This document shows, one piece after another, positions 22,795 to 36,781 of a stretch of 64,000 bases of DNA. The translations under genes and the position numbers were made by a program. The stretch is from the NCBI RefSeq assembly GCF_050920415.1, contig NZ_CP169309.1; one strand, written 5' to 3'. The notes beneath the pieces are model-generated. The model saw only the letters and a program-made list of their open reading frames with translations, was not told the origin of the DNA and ran no database searches. The first letter of the stretch is position 1, and every line of letters begins with the position of its first letter. The DNA is from Escherichia coli (lineage in GTDB: Bacteria > Pseudomonadota > Gammaproteobacteria > Enterobacterales > Enterobacteriaceae).

Positions 22795-23444
22795 TGTTGG
22801 ATCTGTTTGCCGATGCTGAACCGTGGCAAGAACCACTGGCGGCTGGAGCGGTGATTTTGCACCGTTTTGCTTTTAACGCTGCGGAGCAACTGATCCGCGA
22901 TATTAATAACGTTGCCAGCCAGTCGCCGTTTCGCCAGATGGTCACTCCAGGCGGATATACCATGTCGGTGGCGATGACCAACTGTGGGCATCTGGGCTGG
23001 ACGACCAATCGGCAAGGTTATCTCTATTCGCCCATTGATCCGCAAACAAATAAACCGTGGCCCGCCATGCCGCAGAGTTTTCATAATTTATGTCAACGTG
23101 CGGCTACGGCGGCGGGCTATCCAGATTTCAAGCCAGATGCTTGTCTTATCAACCGCTACGCTCCTGGCGCGAAACTGTCGCTGCATCAGGATAAAGACGA
23201 ACCGGATCTGCGCGCGCCGATTGTTTCTGTTTCTCTGGGCTTACCCGCGATTTTTCAATTTGGCGGCCTGAAACGAAATGATCCGCTAAAAAGATTGTTG
23301 TTGGAACATGGCGATGTGGTGGTATGGGGCGGTGAATCGCGGCTGTTTTATCACGGTATTCAACCGTTGAAAGCGGGGTTTCATCCACTCACCACTGACT
23401 GCCGCTACAACCTGACATTCCGTCAGGCAGGTAAAAAAGAATAA
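22794..23444 (+). CDS. alkB: Alpha-ketoglutarate-dependent dioxygenase AlkB
   Basis: 216-aa ORF overlapping the ada stop; 2OG-Fe(II) oxygenase motifs. Confidence 0.9.
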   Translation: MLDLFADAEPWQEPLAAGAVILHRFAFNAAEQLIRDINNVASQSPFRQMVTPGGYTMSVAMTNCGHLGWTTNRQGYLYSPIDPQTNKPWPAMPQSFHNLCQRAATAAGYPDFKPDACLINRYAPGAKLSLHQDKDEPDLRAPIVSVSLGLPAIFQFGGLKRNDPLKRLLLEHGDVVVWGGESRLFYHGIQPLKAGFHPLTTDCRYNLTFRQAGKKE

Positions 23445-23519
23445 AAATAAGAATTATTATTGCTGTGCGCGCGAAGATGTTTAAACTGCGGGCTGTAATT
23501 CATTGTCCGGGTTTTCTGC

Positions 23520-25163
23520 ATGGAACTTCTTGTACTTGTCTGGCGGCAGTATCGCTGGCCATTTATCAGTGTGATGGCGCTAAGCCTCGCCAGTGCGGCA
23601 TTAGGCATTGGCTTAATTGCTTTTATCAATCAGCGCCTTATCGAAACGGCGGATACCAGTCTGCTGGTATTGCCGGAGTTTCTCGGTTTATTGCTGCTGC
23701 TAATGGCGGTGACGCTAGGTTCGCAACTGGCGCTCACCACTCTGGGGCATCATTTCGTTTACCGACTGCGTAGCGAATTTATCAAGCGGATTCTGGATAC
23801 TCACGTCGAGCGTATCGAACAACTCGGTAGCGCCTCGTTGCTGGCGGGGTTAACCAGCGATGTGCGCAATATCACTATTGCGTTTGTTCGTCTGCCAGAA
23901 CTGGTGCAGGGGATCATTCTCACTATCGGTTCGGCGGCGTATCTGTGGATGCTGTCGGGCAAGATGTTGCTGGTAACGGCTATCTGGATGGCGGTCACCA
24001 TCTGGGGCGGTTTTGTACTGGTGGCGCGGGTTTACAAACATATGGCGACCCTGCGTGAAACCGAAGACAAGCTGTACACGGATTTTCAAACTGTACTCGA
24101 AGGGCGCAAAGAGCTGACTCTTAACCGTGAACGCGCCGAGTATGTGTTTAACAACCTCTACATTCCTGATGCGCAAGAGTATCGCCATCATATCATCCGC
24201 GCAGACACCTTCCATCTTAGTGCTGTGAACTGGTCAAACATCATGATGCTGGGCGCAATCGGCCTGGTGTTCTGGATGGCGAACAGTCTCGGTTGGGCTG
24301 ATACCAACGTTGCCGCGACCTATTCGCTAACGCTGTTATTCCTGCGTACGCCGCTGCTTTCGGCGGTTGGCGCATTACCGACGCTGCTGACGGCGCAGGT
24401 AGCGTTTAACAAGCTGAATAAATTCGCGCTCGCACCTTTCAAAGCTGAGTTTCCGCGTCCGCAGACGTTTCCCAACTGGCAAACGCTGGAGCTGCGCAAT
24501 GTTACGTTTGCTTATCAGGATAACGCGTTTTCCGTTGGGCCGATTAACCTCACCATTAAACGTGGCGAACTGCTGTTTCTGATTGGCGGCAACGGTAGCG
24601 GAAAATCGACACTGGCCATGTTGCTGACGGGCTTGTATCAACCACAAAGCGGCGAAATTTTGCTGGATGGCAAACCTGTCAGCGGCGAACAACCGGAAGA
24701 TTATCGCAAACTGTTTTCGGCAGTGTTTACCGATGTCTGGTTGTTTGATCAACTGCTGGGGCCGGAGGGTCAACCCGCTAACCCGCAACTGGTTGAGAAG
24801 TGGCTGGCGCAGCTGAAAATGGCTCATAAGCTTGAGTTAAGCAACGGGCGTATTGTTAACCTGAAGTTATCAAAAGGGCAGAAAAAACGCGTCGCGCTGT
24901 TGCTGGCGCTGGCAGAAGAACGCGATATTATCCTGTTGGATGAATGGGCGGCGGATCAGGACCCACACTTCCGTCGTGAGTTTTATCAGGTGCTGCTGCC
25001 GCTGATGCAGGAGATGGGTAAAACGATTTTCGCCATCAGTCATGATGATCATTACTTTATCCACGCTGACCGCCTGCTGGAAATGCGCAACGGGCTACTT
25101 AGCGAGCTGACAGGCGAAGAGCGCGATGCTGCTTCGCGTGATGCCGTTGCCCGGACGGCATAA
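23520..25163 (+). CDS. yojI: ABC transporter (fused permease/ATPase) YojI
   Basis: 547-aa ORF; TM domain then Walker [10 protein letters not shown] and Walker B ILLDEW. Confidence 0.85.
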   Translation: MELLVLVWRQYRWPFISVMALSLASAALGIGLIAFINQRLIETADTSLLVLPEFLGLLLLLMAVTLGSQLALTTLGHHFVYRLRSEFIKRILDTHVERIEQLGSASLLAGLTSDVRNITIAFVRLPELVQGIILTIGSAAYLWMLSGKMLLVTAIWMAVTIWGGFVLVARVYKHMATLRETEDKLYTDFQTVLEGRKELTLNRERAEYVFNNLYIPDAQEYRHHIIRADTFHLSAVNWSNIMMLGAIGLVFWMANSLGWADTNVAATYSLTLLFLRTPLLSAVGALPTLLTAQVAFNKLNKFALAPFKAEFPRPQTFPNWQTLELRNVTFAYQDNAFSVGPINLTIKRGELLFLIGGNGSGKSTLAMLLTGLYQPQSGEILLDGKPVSGEQPEDYRKLFSAVFTDVWLFDQLLGPEGQPANPQLVEKWLAQLKMAHKLELSNGRIVNLKLSKGQKKRVALLLALAEERDIILLDEWAADQDPHFRREFYQVLLPLMQEMGKTIFAISHDDHYFIHADRLLEMRNGLLSELTGEERDAASRDAVARTA

Positions 25164-25368
25164 TATTTCGACGCTGACCTGGCGGACTGCTGCCGCCAGG
25201 TCAATATTCTAAAAAACCCTTCGTTTCTAATAACCCTATAATTAATCAACGAAATTATAATGTTTCTAAAATTAGAATATAATTTATAAACATTATTTAA
25301 ATGTTGTTACTTAAGTGTTACCGTTGATGCCGCGCAAATCTCACCTGCAATAAAGCGACTAAAAGTAA

Positions 25369-27027
<1,659 letters not shown>

Positions 27028-27034
27028 TGATGTG

Positions 27035-27280
27035 CCACATCCGGCATGTTATGCCGGATGTGGCGTATGCTGATAAGACGCGCCAGCGTCGCATCAGTCA
27101 ACCGGCTTGGGCGTTAGATGTCGGATGCGGCGTGACCGCCTTATCCGACCTACGGGGTGGAGCACTTCACAGCGGTGTAGGCCTGATAAGACGCGCCAGC
27201 GTCGCATCAGGCAACCGGCTCGGGCGTTGGATGTCGGATGCGGCGTGACCGCCTTATCCGACCTACGGGGTGCCGCACTT
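27035..27280. repeat. REP/BIME cluster between convergent mqo and eco
   Basis: Two ~100-bp near-identical units (ctgataagacgcgccagcgtcgcatcag...gatgtcggatgcggcgtgaccgccttatccgacctacggggtg). Confidence 0.65.
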
Positions 27281-27289
27281 CACGGCAGT

Positions 27290-27778
27290 TTAGCGGACTA
27301 CCGCGTTGTCAATTTTCTCTTCCGCCTTCCAGATGCGGTATTTCACATCTACATTGTCTGGCGTATACACCACGATAGGCAGCTTGCTGTTGTAACGCAG
27401 CATTCCGGCATCGCCCAGATACGCGGTGACAAATTTCTTCTCTTTCTTGCCATCCGGGCAGGCCATCATCGTGGAAACCGGCGAGCTAACTTTATCAAAG
27501 ACGTAATAATCATAGCCCCAGCCTTCCAGCGTTTTGCTTTCCAGCTTCCCGCCGAGACGATGCAAATTGCAATCGACTTCCAGCGTCTGACCGATTAACA
27601 GTTCTACTTTCAGGGTAGATTCATCTTCTTGCGGGGTTAACTGAATCACCTGACGCTTCATGCCTTTTTCAGCTTGCGGATAAGGCGCGATTTTTTCCAG
27701 TGGCTGGACGCTCTCTGCCGCCCAGGCGGAAGTGGTAGCGAAAGCGGCAAACAATACTGCAGGTAGAATGGTCTTCAT
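27290..27778 (-). CDS. eco: Ecotin (serine protease inhibitor)
   Basis: 162-aa ORF with signal peptide; ecotin sequence recognised. Confidence 0.9.
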   Translation of the reverse strand: MKTILPAVLFAAFATTSAWAAESVQPLEKIAPYPQAEKGMKRQVIQLTPQEDESTLKVELLIGQTLEVDCNLHRLGGKLESKTLEGWGYDYYVFDKVSSPVSTMMACPDGKKEKKFVTAYLGDAGMLRYNSKLPIVVYTPDNVDVKYRIWKAEEKIDNAVVR

Positions 27779-28184
27779 TGTTGTATTCCCTTCGTCATTT
27801 ATAGGTTTTCACCGATGATGTCGCTGAAGGTTAACATATTCATCAGATTTATTAATTTGCTTTATGAATAACTAAAAGAACATTCAGACAATTTTACCTT
27901 CTCTTTTAGTGTTAAATTCTGAGGAGTGGTAAAGCCTTGAGAAATATCTCTGGCGAATTAATCGCTATATAAATATGTTTATAACCATTTGAAATGTGAG
28001 CAAAAGCCCGTTTTTGCCACGCTTCCCGCCACTCTTTTGATCCTGCTACAGGTTTTACCTCGATCGGGGTATGCATCTTTGACACATCCTTTAATATCTT
28101 AGCGGCTATAAAAATGGCTTATTAATTATGCGGTTTATTTGGTCGCTCTCAATTTTCAGAGCGTATTAATGATGGAAGGTCAAT

Positions 28185-28679
28185 GTGAAGATTGATGCAT
28201 CCCGTCGGGGCATACTCACTGGTCGCTGGCGCAAAGCCAGTAACGGTATCCGTCCGCCCTGGTCCGGTGATGAATCTCATTTTCTGACCCATTGCACCCG
28301 CTGTGACGCCTGTATTAATGCTTGTGAAAACAACATTCTGCAACGCGGCGCGGGGGGCTATCCGAGCGTTAATTTCAAAAATAACGAGTGCAGCTTCTGT
28401 TATGCCTGCGCGCAAGCTTGCCCCGAATCGCTATTTTCTCCGCGCCACACCAGGGCCTGGGATTTGCAGTTCACCATTGGGGACGCGTGCCTGGCGTATC
28501 AGTCAGTTGAATGCCGCCGCTGTCAGGATAGCTGTGAGCCAATGGCAATTATCTTTCGCCCGACGCTCTCCGGGATCTACCAGCCGCAACTTAATAGCCA
28601 ACTTTGCAACGGATGTGGTGCATGTGCAGCCAGCTGTCCGGTATCAGCCATAACTGCGGAGTATCTCCATGCACACTAA
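28185..28679 (+). CDS. napF: Ferredoxin-type protein NapF
   Basis: 164-aa ORF with multiple CxxCxxCxxxCP motifs. Confidence 0.85.
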   Translation: MKIDASRRGILTGRWRKASNGIRPPWSGDESHFLTHCTRCDACINACENNILQRGAGGYPSVNFKNNECSFCYACAQACPESLFSPRHTRAWDLQFTIGDACLAYQSVECRRCQDSCEPMAIIFRPTLSGIYQPQLNSQLCNGCGACAASCPVSAITAEYLHAH

Positions 28680-28932
28680 CTGGCAAGTTTGCAGCCTGGT
28701 CGTGCAGGCCAAAAGCGAACGAATTTCAGACATCAGCACCCAACTGAACGCCTTTCCCGGCTGTGAAGTCGCTGTCAGCGACGCGCCGAGCGGTCAGTTG
28801 ATTGTGGTGGTGGAAGCAGAAGACAGCGAAACGCTGATCCAAACCATTGAGTCAGTACGCAACGTAGAGGGCGTGCTGGCGGTGTCGCTGGTTTATCACC
28901 AGCAGGAAGAGCAAGGTGAGGAAACACCATGA
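28669..28932 (+). CDS. napD: NapA chaperone NapD
   Basis: 87-aa ORF between napF and napA. Confidence 0.85.
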   Translation: MHTNWQVCSLVVQAKSERISDISTQLNAFPGCEVAVSDAPSGQLIVVVEAEDSETLIQTIESVRNVEGVLAVSLVYHQQEEQGEETP

Positions 28933-31415
28933 AACTCAGTCGTCGTAGCTTTATGAAAGCTAACGCCGTTGCGGCCGCTGCGGCGGCTGCCGGTCTCAGC
29001 GTGCCGGGCGTTGCCCGCGCCGTTGTTGGTCAGCAGGAAGCCATTAAATGGGATAAAGCACCATGCCGTTTCTGCGGTACTGGTTGTGGCGTTCTGGTCG
29101 GAACGCAGCAGGGGCGTGTGGTGGCCTGTCAGGGCGACCCGGACGCACCGGTTAACCGTGGTCTGAACTGCATTAAGGGCTATTTCCTGCCCAAAATCAT
29201 GTACGGTAAAGACCGTTTGACGCAGCCGCTGCTGCGTATGAAAAACGGTAAATATGACAAAGAAGGCGAATTTACCCCAATCACCTGGGATCAGGCCTTC
29301 GATGTGATGGAAGAGAAATTCAAAACCGCCCTGAAAGAAAAAGGGCCGGAATCGATCGGTATGTTCGGTTCTGGTCAGTGGACTATCTGGGAAGGTTATG
29401 CCGCGTCCAAGCTGTTCAAAGCGGGCTTCCGTTCGAACAACATCGACCCGAACGCGCGTCACTGTATGGCGTCGGCAGTAGTTGGCTTTATGCGTACCTT
29501 TGGTATGGATGAGCCGATGGGCTGCTATGACGACATCGAGCAGGCTGACGCGTTTGTGCTGTGGGGCGCTAACATGGCGGAGATGCACCCGATTCTCTGG
29601 TCGCGCATCACCAACCGTCGTCTCTCTAACCAGAACGTCACCGTGGCGGTGCTTTCTACCTACCAGCATCGTAGCTTCGAGCTGGCGGATAACGGCATCA
29701 TCTTTACGCCACAGTCTGACCTGGTGATCCTGAACTACATCGCCAACTATATCATTCAAAACAACGCGATAAATCAGGACTTCTTTAGCAAACACGTTAA
29801 CCTGCGCAAAGGGGCGACGGACATCGGCTACGGTTTACGTCCGACCCATCCGCTGGAAAAAGCAGCGAAGAATCCAGGTTCTGACGCTTCCGAACCGATG
29901 AGCTTTGAAGATTACAAAGCCTTCGTTGCTGAGTATACGCTGGAAAAAACCGCTGAAATGACCGGCGTGCCGAAAGACCAGTTAGAACAACTGGCGCAGC
30001 TGTATGCCGATCCGAACAAGAAAGTCATCTCCTACTGGACGATGGGCTTCAACCAGCATACCCGTGGTGTGTGGGCCAACAACCTGGTCTACAACCTGCA
30101 CCTGCTGACTGGCAAAATTTCTCAGCCGGGTTGCGGTCCGTTCTCCCTGACCGGGCAGCCTTCCGCGTGTGGTACTGCGCGAGAAGTGGGCACCTTTGCT
30201 CACCGTCTGCCTGCGGACATGGTGGTGACCAATGAGAAACACCGTGATATCTGCGAGAAGAAGTGGAATATCCCGAGCGGCACCATTCCGGCGAAAATCG
30301 GCCTGCACGCGGTGGCACAGGACCGTGCGCTGAAAGACGGCAAACTGAATGTTTACTGGACCATGTGTACCAATAACATGCAGGCCGGACCAAACATTAA
30401 TGAAGAGCGTATGCCGGGCTGGCGCGATCCGCGCAACTTTATCATCGTTTCCGATCCGTATCCGACGGTCAGTGCGCTGGCAGCGGACTTGATCCTGCCG
30501 ACCGCAATGTGGGTAGAAAAAGAGGGTGCTTACGGTAACGCCGAACGCCGTACTCAATTCTGGCGTCAGCAGGTACAGGCACCGGGCGAAGCGAAATCGG
30601 ATCTCTGGCAGTTAGTTCAGTTCTCCCGCCGCTTCAAAACTGAAGAAGTGTGGCCGGAAGAATTGCTGGCGAAGAAACCGGAACTGCGTGGCAAAACGCT
30701 GTATGAGGTTCTGTATGCCACCCCGGAAGTGAGCAAATTCCCGGTATCCGAACTGGCAGAAGATCAGTTGAACGATGAATCCCGCGAGCTGGGCTTCTAT
30801 CTGCAAAAAGGGCTGTTCGAAGAGTATGCATGGTTTGGTCGCGGTCACGGTCACGATCTCGCGCCGTTCGATGACTACCACAAAGCGCGCGGTCTGCGCT
30901 GGCCGGTGGTTAACGGTAAAGAAACGCAGTGGCGTTATAGCGAAGGTAACGACCCGTACGTGAAAGCGGGTGAAGGCTACAAGTTCTACGGTAAACCGGA
31001 TGGCAAAGCGGTGATCTTCGCACTGCCGTTCGAACCGGCGGCGGAAGCACCGGATGAAGAGTACGATCTGTGGCTCTCTACCGGGCGTGTCCTGGAGCAC
31101 TGGCACACCGGCAGTATGACTCGCCGTGTACCGGAACTGCACCGTGCCTTCCCGGAAGCGGTCCTGTTTATTCATCCGCTGGATGCGAAAGCGCGCGATC
31201 TGCGTCGTGGCGACAAAGTGAAAGTGGTTTCTCGCCGTGGCGAAGTGATCTCGATTGTTGAAACGCGCGGTCGTAACCGTCCGCCGCAGGGCCTGGTGTA
31301 TATGCCGTTCTTCGACGCCGCACAGCTGGTTAACAAACTGACGCTGGATGCGACCGATCCGCTCTCGAAAGAGACGGACTTCAAGAAGTGTGCGGTCAAA
31401 CTGGAGAAGGTGTAA
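28929..31415 (+). CDS. napA: Periplasmic nitrate reductase catalytic subunit NapA
   Basis: 828-aa ORF with Tat signal (SRRSFMK) and molybdopterin oxidoreductase sequence. Confidence 0.95.
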   Translation: MKLSRRSFMKANAVAAAAAAAGLSVPGVARAVVGQQEAIKWDKAPCRFCGTGCGVLVGTQQGRVVACQGDPDAPVNRGLNCIKGYFLPKIMYGKDRLTQPLLRMKNGKYDKEGEFTPITWDQAFDVMEEKFKTALKEKGPESIGMFGSGQWTIWEGYAASKLFKAGFRSNNIDPNARHCMASAVVGFMRTFGMDEPMGCYDDIEQADAFVLWGANMAEMHPILWSRITNRRLSNQNVTVAVLSTYQHRSFELADNGIIFTPQSDLVILNYIANYIIQNNAINQDFFSKHVNLRKGATDIGYGLRPTHPLEKAAKNPGSDASEPMSFEDYKAFVAEYTLEKTAEMTGVPKDQLEQLAQLYADPNKKVISYWTMGFNQHTRGVWANNLVYNLHLLTGKISQPGCGPFSLTGQPSACGTAREVGTFAHRLPADMVVTNEKHRDICEKKWNIPSGTIPAKIGLHAVAQDRALKDGKLNVYWTMCTNNMQAGPNINEERMPGWRDPRNFIIVSDPYPTVSALAADLILPTAMWVEKEGAYGNAERRTQFWRQQVQAPGEAKSDLWQLVQFSRRFKTEEVWPEELLAKKPELRGKTLYEVLYATPEVSKFPVSELAEDQLNDESRELGFYLQKGLFEEYAWFGRGHGHDLAPFDDYHKARGLRWPVVNGKETQWRYSEGNDPYVKAGEGYKFYGKPDGKAVIFALPFEPAAEAPDEEYDLWLSTGRVLEHWHTGSMTRRVPELHRAFPEAVLFIHPLDAKARDLRRGDKVKVVSRRGEVISIVETRGRNRPPQGLVYMPFFDAAQLVNKLTLDATDPLSKETDFKKCAVKLEKV

Positions 31416-31421
31416 GCCATT

Positions 31422-32117
31422 ATGTCCCGGTCAGCGAAACCTCAAAATGGTCGCCGCCGCTTTCTGCGCGATGTCGTTCGCACAGCTGGCGGGCTGGCTG
31501 CCGTGGGTGTGGCGCTGGGGTTACAACAGCAAACCGCACGCGCATCTGGTGTGCGGTTGCGCCCGCCCGGAGCCATAAACGAGAACGCCTTTGCCAGTGC
31601 CTGTGTACGTTGCGGTCAGTGTGTTCAGGCTTGCCCTTACGACACCTTAAAACTGGCGACACTGGCCTCTGGCCTGTCGGCAGGTACGCCGTACTTTGTC
31701 GCGCGGGATATTCCTTGCGAAATGTGTGAGGACATTCCGTGCGCCAAAGTGTGCCCGAGCGGTGCGCTGGATCGAGAGATCGAATCGATCGACGACGCGC
31801 GGATGGGGCTGGCGGTGCTGGTGGATCAGGAGAACTGCCTCAACTTTCAGGGGCTGCGCTGCGATGTTTGCTATCGCGAATGCCCGAAAATTGATGAGGC
31901 AATCACCCTGGAGCTGGAGCGTAACACGCGTACCGGTAAGCACGCCCGTTTTCTGCCGACGGTTCACAGCGACGCCTGTACCGGCTGCGGTAAGTGCGAA
32001 AAAGTGTGCGTGCTGGAACAACCCGCAATCAAGGTGTTACCGCTGTCACTGGCGAAAGGGGAGTTAGGTCACCATTACCGCTTCGGCTGGCTGGAGGGGA
32101 ACAATGGCAAATCGTAA
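31422..32117 (+). CDS. napG: Ferredoxin-type protein NapG
   Basis: 231-aa ORF with Tat-like signal and 4Fe-4S motifs. Confidence 0.9.
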
Positions 32118-32967
32118 ACGTGACGCCGGGCGCGAGGCGCTGGAGAAAAAAGGCTGGTGGCGCAGTCACCGTTGGCTGGTGTTGCGTCGCCTTTGTCAGT
32201 TCTTCGTGCTGGGGATGTTTTTGAGCGGTCCGTGGTTTGGTGTGTGGATCTTGCACGGCAACTACAGCAGTAGCCTGTTATTCGACACCGTTCCACTGAC
32301 CGATCCGCTGATGACGTTGCAAAGTCTTGCCAGCGGTCATCTGCCTGCCACGGTGGCGCTGACCGGTGCGGTGATTATCACCGTGCTCTACGCCCTGGCA
32401 GGAAAGCGATTATTTTGCAGCTGGGTCTGCCCGCTGAACCCGATTACCGACTTAGCAAATTGGTTACGCAGACGATTTGACCTCAATCAGTCTGCGACGA
32501 TCCCTCGCCACATTCGCTACGTGCTGTTGGTGATCATTCTGGTGGGATCGGCCTTAACTGGCACGCTCATCTGGGAATGGATCAACCCCGTTTCCCTGAT
32601 GGGGCGCAGCCTGGTAATGGGATTCGGCAGCGGCGCGCTGCTTATTCTCGCGCTGTTTTTATTTGATCTACTGGTCGTTGAACACGGCTGGTGCGGGCAC
32701 ATTTGTCCGGTTGGCGCGCTGTATGGCGTGTTGGGTAGCAAAGGTGTGATTACCGTTGCGGCCACCGATCGGCAGAAATGTAACCGCTGTATGGATTGTT
32801 TTCATGTTTGCCCGGAACCGCATGTGCTACGTGCCCCGGTGCTGGATGAACAAAGCCCGGTGCAGGTCACCAGCCGCGATTGCATGACGTGCGGTCGCTG
32901 CGTGGATGTCTGTTCTGAGGATGTATTTACAATAACTACACGATGGAGTTCGGGAGCGAAATCATGA
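32104..32967 (+). CDS. napH: Membrane ferredoxin-type protein NapH
   Basis: 287-aa ORF with TM segments and C-terminal Cys clusters. Confidence 0.9.
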
Positions 32968-33413
32968 AAAGCCATGACCTGAAGAAAGCGCTGTGTCAAT
33001 GGACGGCGATGCTGGCCCTGGTGGTAAGCGGCGCGGTTTGGGCGGCTAATGGCGTCGATTTTAGCCAGTCGCCGGAAGTATCCGGGACGCAGGAAGGGGC
33101 CATTCGGATGCCAAAAGAGCAGGATCGGATGCCGCTGAACTATGTGAATCAGCCGCCAATGATCCCGCATAGCGTTGAAGGTTATCAGGTAACGGCCAAT
33201 ACCAACCGCTGCTTGCAGTGCCACGGTGTCGAAAGCTATCGCACCACTGGCGCGCCGCGCATTAGTCCTACTCACTTTATGGACAGCGACGGCAAAGTGG
33301 GCGCAGAAGTGGCTCCGCGTCGTTATTTCTGTCTGCAATGTCACGTACCGCAGGCCGATACCGCGCCAATCGTGGGGAATACCTTTACCCCATCAAAAGG
33401 TTACGGGAAATAA
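32964..33413 (+). CDS. napB: Diheme cytochrome c NapB
   Basis: ORF 32943..33413; start placed at MKSHDLKK; two CxxCH motifs. Confidence 0.9.
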   Translation: MKSHDLKKALCQWTAMLALVVSGAVWAANGVDFSQSPEVSGTQEGAIRMPKEQDRMPLNYVNQPPMIPHSVEGYQVTANTNRCLQCHGVESYRTTGAPRISPTHFMDSDGKVGAEVAPRRYFCLQCHVPQADTAPIVGNTFTPSKGYGK

Positions 33414-33422
33414 GAGGTTATT

Positions 33423-34025
33423 ATGGGAAATTCTGACCGTAAGCCTGGTCTGATTAAGCGCCTGTGGAAATGGTGGCGTACCCCCAGCCGTCTGGCGCTA
33501 GGGACGCTGCTGTTGATCGGTTTTGTCGGCGGCATCGTTTTCTGGGGCGGCTTTAACACCGGGATGGAAAAAGCCAATACCGAAGAGTTCTGCATTAGCT
33601 GCCACGAAATGCGTAACACGGTGTATCAGGAATACATGGATTCCGTGCACTACAACAACCGTAGCGGCGTCCGTGCGACCTGTCCGGATTGTCACGTTCC
33701 GCACGAGTTTGTGCCGAAGATGATACGCAAGCTCAAAGCAAGTAAAGAGCTGTATGGTAAAATTTTTGGCGTTATTGACACGCCGCAGAAATTTGAAGCT
33801 CATCGCCTGACGATGGCACAGAATGAGTGGCGGCGCATGAAGGACAATAACTCGCAGGAGTGTCGTAACTGTCACAACTTCGAGTATATGGATACAACCG
33901 CCCAGAAATCAGTTGCCGCTAAGATGCACGACCAGGCGGTGAAAGATGGGCAAACCTGTATTGATTGCCATAAAGGGATAGCGCACAAGCTGCCCGATAT
34001 GCGTGAAGTCGAGCCAGGTTTTTAA
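33423..34025 (+). CDS. napC: Tetraheme cytochrome c NapC
   Basis: 200-aa ORF with N-terminal TM anchor and four CxxCH motifs. Confidence 0.9.
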   Translation: MGNSDRKPGLIKRLWKWWRTPSRLALGTLLLIGFVGGIVFWGGFNTGMEKANTEEFCISCHEMRNTVYQEYMDSVHYNNRSGVRATCPDCHVPHEFVPKMIRKLKASKELYGKIFGVIDTPQKFEAHRLTMAQNEWRRMKDNNSQECRNCHNFEYMDTTAQKSVAAKMHDQAVKDGQTCIDCHKGIAHKLPDMREVEPGF

Positions 34026-34037
34026 CAGGGTTATTGC

Positions 34038-34661
34038 GTGGGTATGCTTGAAGCCAGAGAGTTACTTTGCGAGCGGGATGAACGAACCTTATTTAGTGGT
34101 TTGTCATTTACGCTGAACGCAGGCGAGTGGGTACAAATCACCGGTAGCAACGGCGCGGGGAAGACAACGCTTCTCCGTTTGCTGACGGGGTTGTCTCGCC
34201 CTGACGCAGGCGAGGTTCTCTGGCAAGGGCAGCCCTTGCATCAGGTACGCGACAGCTACCATCAAAACCTGTTATGGATAGGCCATCAGCCGGGGATCAA
34301 AACCCGGCTGACGGCGTTAGAAAATCTGCACTTTTATCATCGCGATGGCGATACCGCACAATGTCTGGAAGCCCTGGCGCAGGCCGGGCTTGCCGGATTC
34401 GAAGATATTCCGGTAAATCAACTTTCTGCCGGGCAACAACGCCGCGTCGCTTTAGCGCGTCTGTGGCTGACCCGTGCCACGTTATGGATACTCGACGAGC
34501 CTTTTACCGCGATTGACGTTAACGGCGTCGATCGTCTGACCCAGCGTATGGCGCAGCATACGGAGCAGGGGGGGACTGTGATTCTGACTACCCACCAGCC
34601 GCTCAACGTTACTGAAAGTAAAATCCGCCGCATTTCACTGACGAAAACGAGGGCCGAATAA
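34038..34661 (+). CDS. ccmA: Heme exporter ATPase CcmA
   Basis: 207-aa ORF with Walker [10 protein letters not shown]. Confidence 0.9.
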   Translation: MGMLEARELLCERDERTLFSGLSFTLNAGEWVQITGSNGAGKTTLLRLLTGLSRPDAGEVLWQGQPLHQVRDSYHQNLLWIGHQPGIKTRLTALENLHFYHRDGDTAQCLEALAQAGLAGFEDIPVNQLSAGQQRRVALARLWLTRATLWILDEPFTAIDVNGVDRLTQRMAQHTEQGGTVILTTHQPLNVTESKIRRISLTKTRAE

Positions 34662-35320
34662 TGTTCTGGCGAATTTTCCGTCTTGAACTGCGCGTGGCGT
34701 TTCGTCATAGCGCCGAAATCGCTAACCCGCTGTGGTTCTTCCTGATTGTTATTACCCTTTTTCCGCTCAGTATCGGTCCGGAGCCGCAACTGCTGGCGCG
34801 TATTGCCCCTGGCATTATCTGGGTTGCCGCGCTGCTTTCATCCTTGCTGGCACTGGAACGACTGTTCCGTGACGATTTGCAGGACGGCAGTCTTGAACAA
34901 TTGATGTTGTTGCCGTTACCCTTGCCCGCCGTTGTGCTGGCGAAGGTGATGGCGCACTGGATGGTAACCGGTCTGCCGTTACTCATCCTTTCGCCTCTGG
35001 TAGCAATGCTACTGGGAATGGATGTTTATGGCTGGCAAGTGATGGCGCTGACGCTGCTGCTGGGAACCCCAACGCTTGGTTTTCTCGGTGCACCGGGCGT
35101 GGCGCTGACAGTGGGACTTAAACGCGGTGGTGTGCTGCTCAGCATACTGGTGTTACCGCTGACTATCCCATTACTCATCTTTGCCACCGCCGCGATGGAC
35201 GCGGCTTCGATGCATTTGCCCGTTGACGGGTATCTGGCAATTTTAGGCGCGTTGCTGGCAGGCACCGCGACATTAAGTCCTTTTGCGACGGCGGCAGCGT
35301 TACGAATCAGCATTCAATAA
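34661..35320 (+). CDS. ccmB: Heme exporter permease CcmB
   Basis: 219-aa polytopic membrane ORF. Confidence 0.9.
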   Translation: MFWRIFRLELRVAFRHSAEIANPLWFFLIVITLFPLSIGPEPQLLARIAPGIIWVAALLSSLLALERLFRDDLQDGSLEQLMLLPLPLPAVVLAKVMAHWMVTGLPLLILSPLVAMLLGMDVYGWQVMALTLLLGTPTLGFLGAPGVALTVGLKRGGVLLSILVLPLTIPLLIFATAAMDAASMHLPVDGYLAILGALLAGTATLSPFATAAALRISIQ

Positions 35321-35361
35321 CGCTGGATTACTGATTTTTGTTCGAGTCTGGTATCGAAACT

Positions 35362-36099
35362 ATGTGGAAAACACTGCATCAACTGGCGATCCCACCACGG
35401 CTGTATCAAATCTGTGGCTGGTTTATACCGTGGCTGGCAATTGCCAGTGTGGTCGTGCTTACCGTCGGCTGGGTCTGGGGATTCGGCTTTGCTCCGGCTG
35501 ATTATCAGCAGGGAAATAGCTATCGCATTATCTACCTGCATGTGCCTACGGCGATCTGGTCGATGGGCATTTATGCATCAATGGCGGTGGCGGCGTTTAT
35601 TGGCCTTGTCTGGCAGATGAAAATGGCTAACCTGGCGGTCGCGGCGATGGCTCCCATTGGTGCCGTGTTTACCTTTATTGCCCTTGTCACCGGCTCTGCA
35701 TGGGGAAAACCGATGTGGGGCACCTGGTGGGTATGGGACGCACGTCTGACTTCTGAACTGGTGCTGCTGTTTCTGTATGTTGGTGTGATTGCCCTGTGGC
35801 ACGCCTTCGACGACCGCCGTCTGGCGGGCCGAGCGGCAGGTATTCTGGTGCTGATTGGCGTGGTGAACCTGCCGATTATTCATTACTCCGTGGAGTGGTG
35901 GAACACCCTGCATCAGGGATCAACGCGGATGCAGCAAAGTATCGATCCGGCGATGCGTTCGCCGCTGCGCTGGTCGATTTTTGGCTTCCTGCTGCTGTCT
36001 GCCACGCTGACGCTGATGCGGATGCGTAATTTAATTTTGCTGATGGAAAAACGCCGTCCGTGGGTGAGTGAACTGATACTGAAAAGAGGCCGTAAATGA
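35362..36099 (+). CDS. ccmC: Heme exporter protein CcmC
   Basis: ORF 35338..36099; start placed at MWKTLHQL; WGxxWxWD tryptophan-rich motif. Confidence 0.9.
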   Translation: MWKTLHQLAIPPRLYQICGWFIPWLAIASVVVLTVGWVWGFGFAPADYQQGNSYRIIYLHVPTAIWSMGIYASMAVAAFIGLVWQMKMANLAVAAMAPIGAVFTFIALVTGSAWGKPMWGTWWVWDARLTSELVLLFLYVGVIALWHAFDDRRLAGRAAGILVLIGVVNLPIIHYSVEWWNTLHQGSTRMQQSIDPAMRSPLRWSIFGFLLLSATLTLMRMRNLILLMEKRRPWVSELILKRGRK

Positions 36100-36305
36100 C
36101 CCCTGCATTTGCTTCCTGGAATGAATTTTTCGCAATGGGCGGTTACGCCTTTTTTGTCTGGCTGGCGGTGGTGATGACCGTTATTCCGCTGGTGGTTTTG
36201 GTCGTGCACTCCGTGTTGCAGCATCGCGCAATTCTGCGTGGCGTGGCGCAACAGCGGGCGCGTGAGGCGCGTTTACGTGCTGCGCAACAGCAGGAGGCTG
36301 CATGA
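36096..36305 (+). CDS. ccmD: Heme exporter protein CcmD
   Basis: 69-aa single-TM ORF overlapping ccmC/ccmE. Confidence 0.85.
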   Translation: MTPAFASWNEFFAMGGYAFFVWLAVVMTVIPLVVLVVHSVLQHRAILRGVAQQRAREARLRAAQQQEAA

Positions 36306-36781
36306 ATATTCGCCGTAAAAACCGTTTGTGGATTGCCTGTGCCGTGCTGGCGGGGCTGGCGCTGACTATCGGCCTGGTATTGTATGCGCTGCGCTCGAAT
36401 ATCGATCTTTTTTATACGCCGGGGGAAATTCTCTACGGCAAGCGTGAAACTCAACAGATGCCGGAAGTCGGTCAGCGTCTGCGCGTTGGCGGGATGGTAA
36501 TGCCGGGTAGCGTGCAGCGCGATCCCAATTCGCTAAAAGTAACGTTCACTATTTACGACGCTGAAGGTTCAGTAGATGTCTCTTACGAAGGCATTTTGCC
36601 GGATCTGTTCCGTGAAGGGCAGGGCGTTGTGGTGCAGGGCGAACTGGAAAAAGGCAATCATATCCTTGCGAAAGAAGTACTGGCGAAACACGATGAAAAC
36701 TACACGCCGCCAGAAGTCGAGAAAGCGATGGAAGCTAATCACCGTCGCCCGACGAGTGTTTATAAGGGCCCAGCATCATGA
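36302..36781 (+). CDS. ccmE: Heme chaperone CcmE
   Basis: 159-aa ORF with N-terminal TM anchor. Confidence 0.9.
   Translation: MNIRRKNRLWIACAVLAGLALTIGLVLYALRSNIDLFYTPGEILYGKRETQQMPEVGQRLRVGGMVMPGSVQRDPNSLKVTFTIYDAEGSVDVSYEGILPDLFREGQGVVVQGELEKGNHILAKEVLAKHDENYTPPEVEKAMEANHRRPTSVYKGPAS

Noticed and set aside
27035-27280. Possible CRISPR array among repeated GC-rich units near mqo/eco (also 15115-15300)
   Set aside because: Units are REP/BIME-type palindromes without regular unique spacers; no cas genes nearby.
28149-28415. 88-aa minus-strand ORF at the napF start
   Set aside because: Antisense to the napF 5' end and promoter region; no support.
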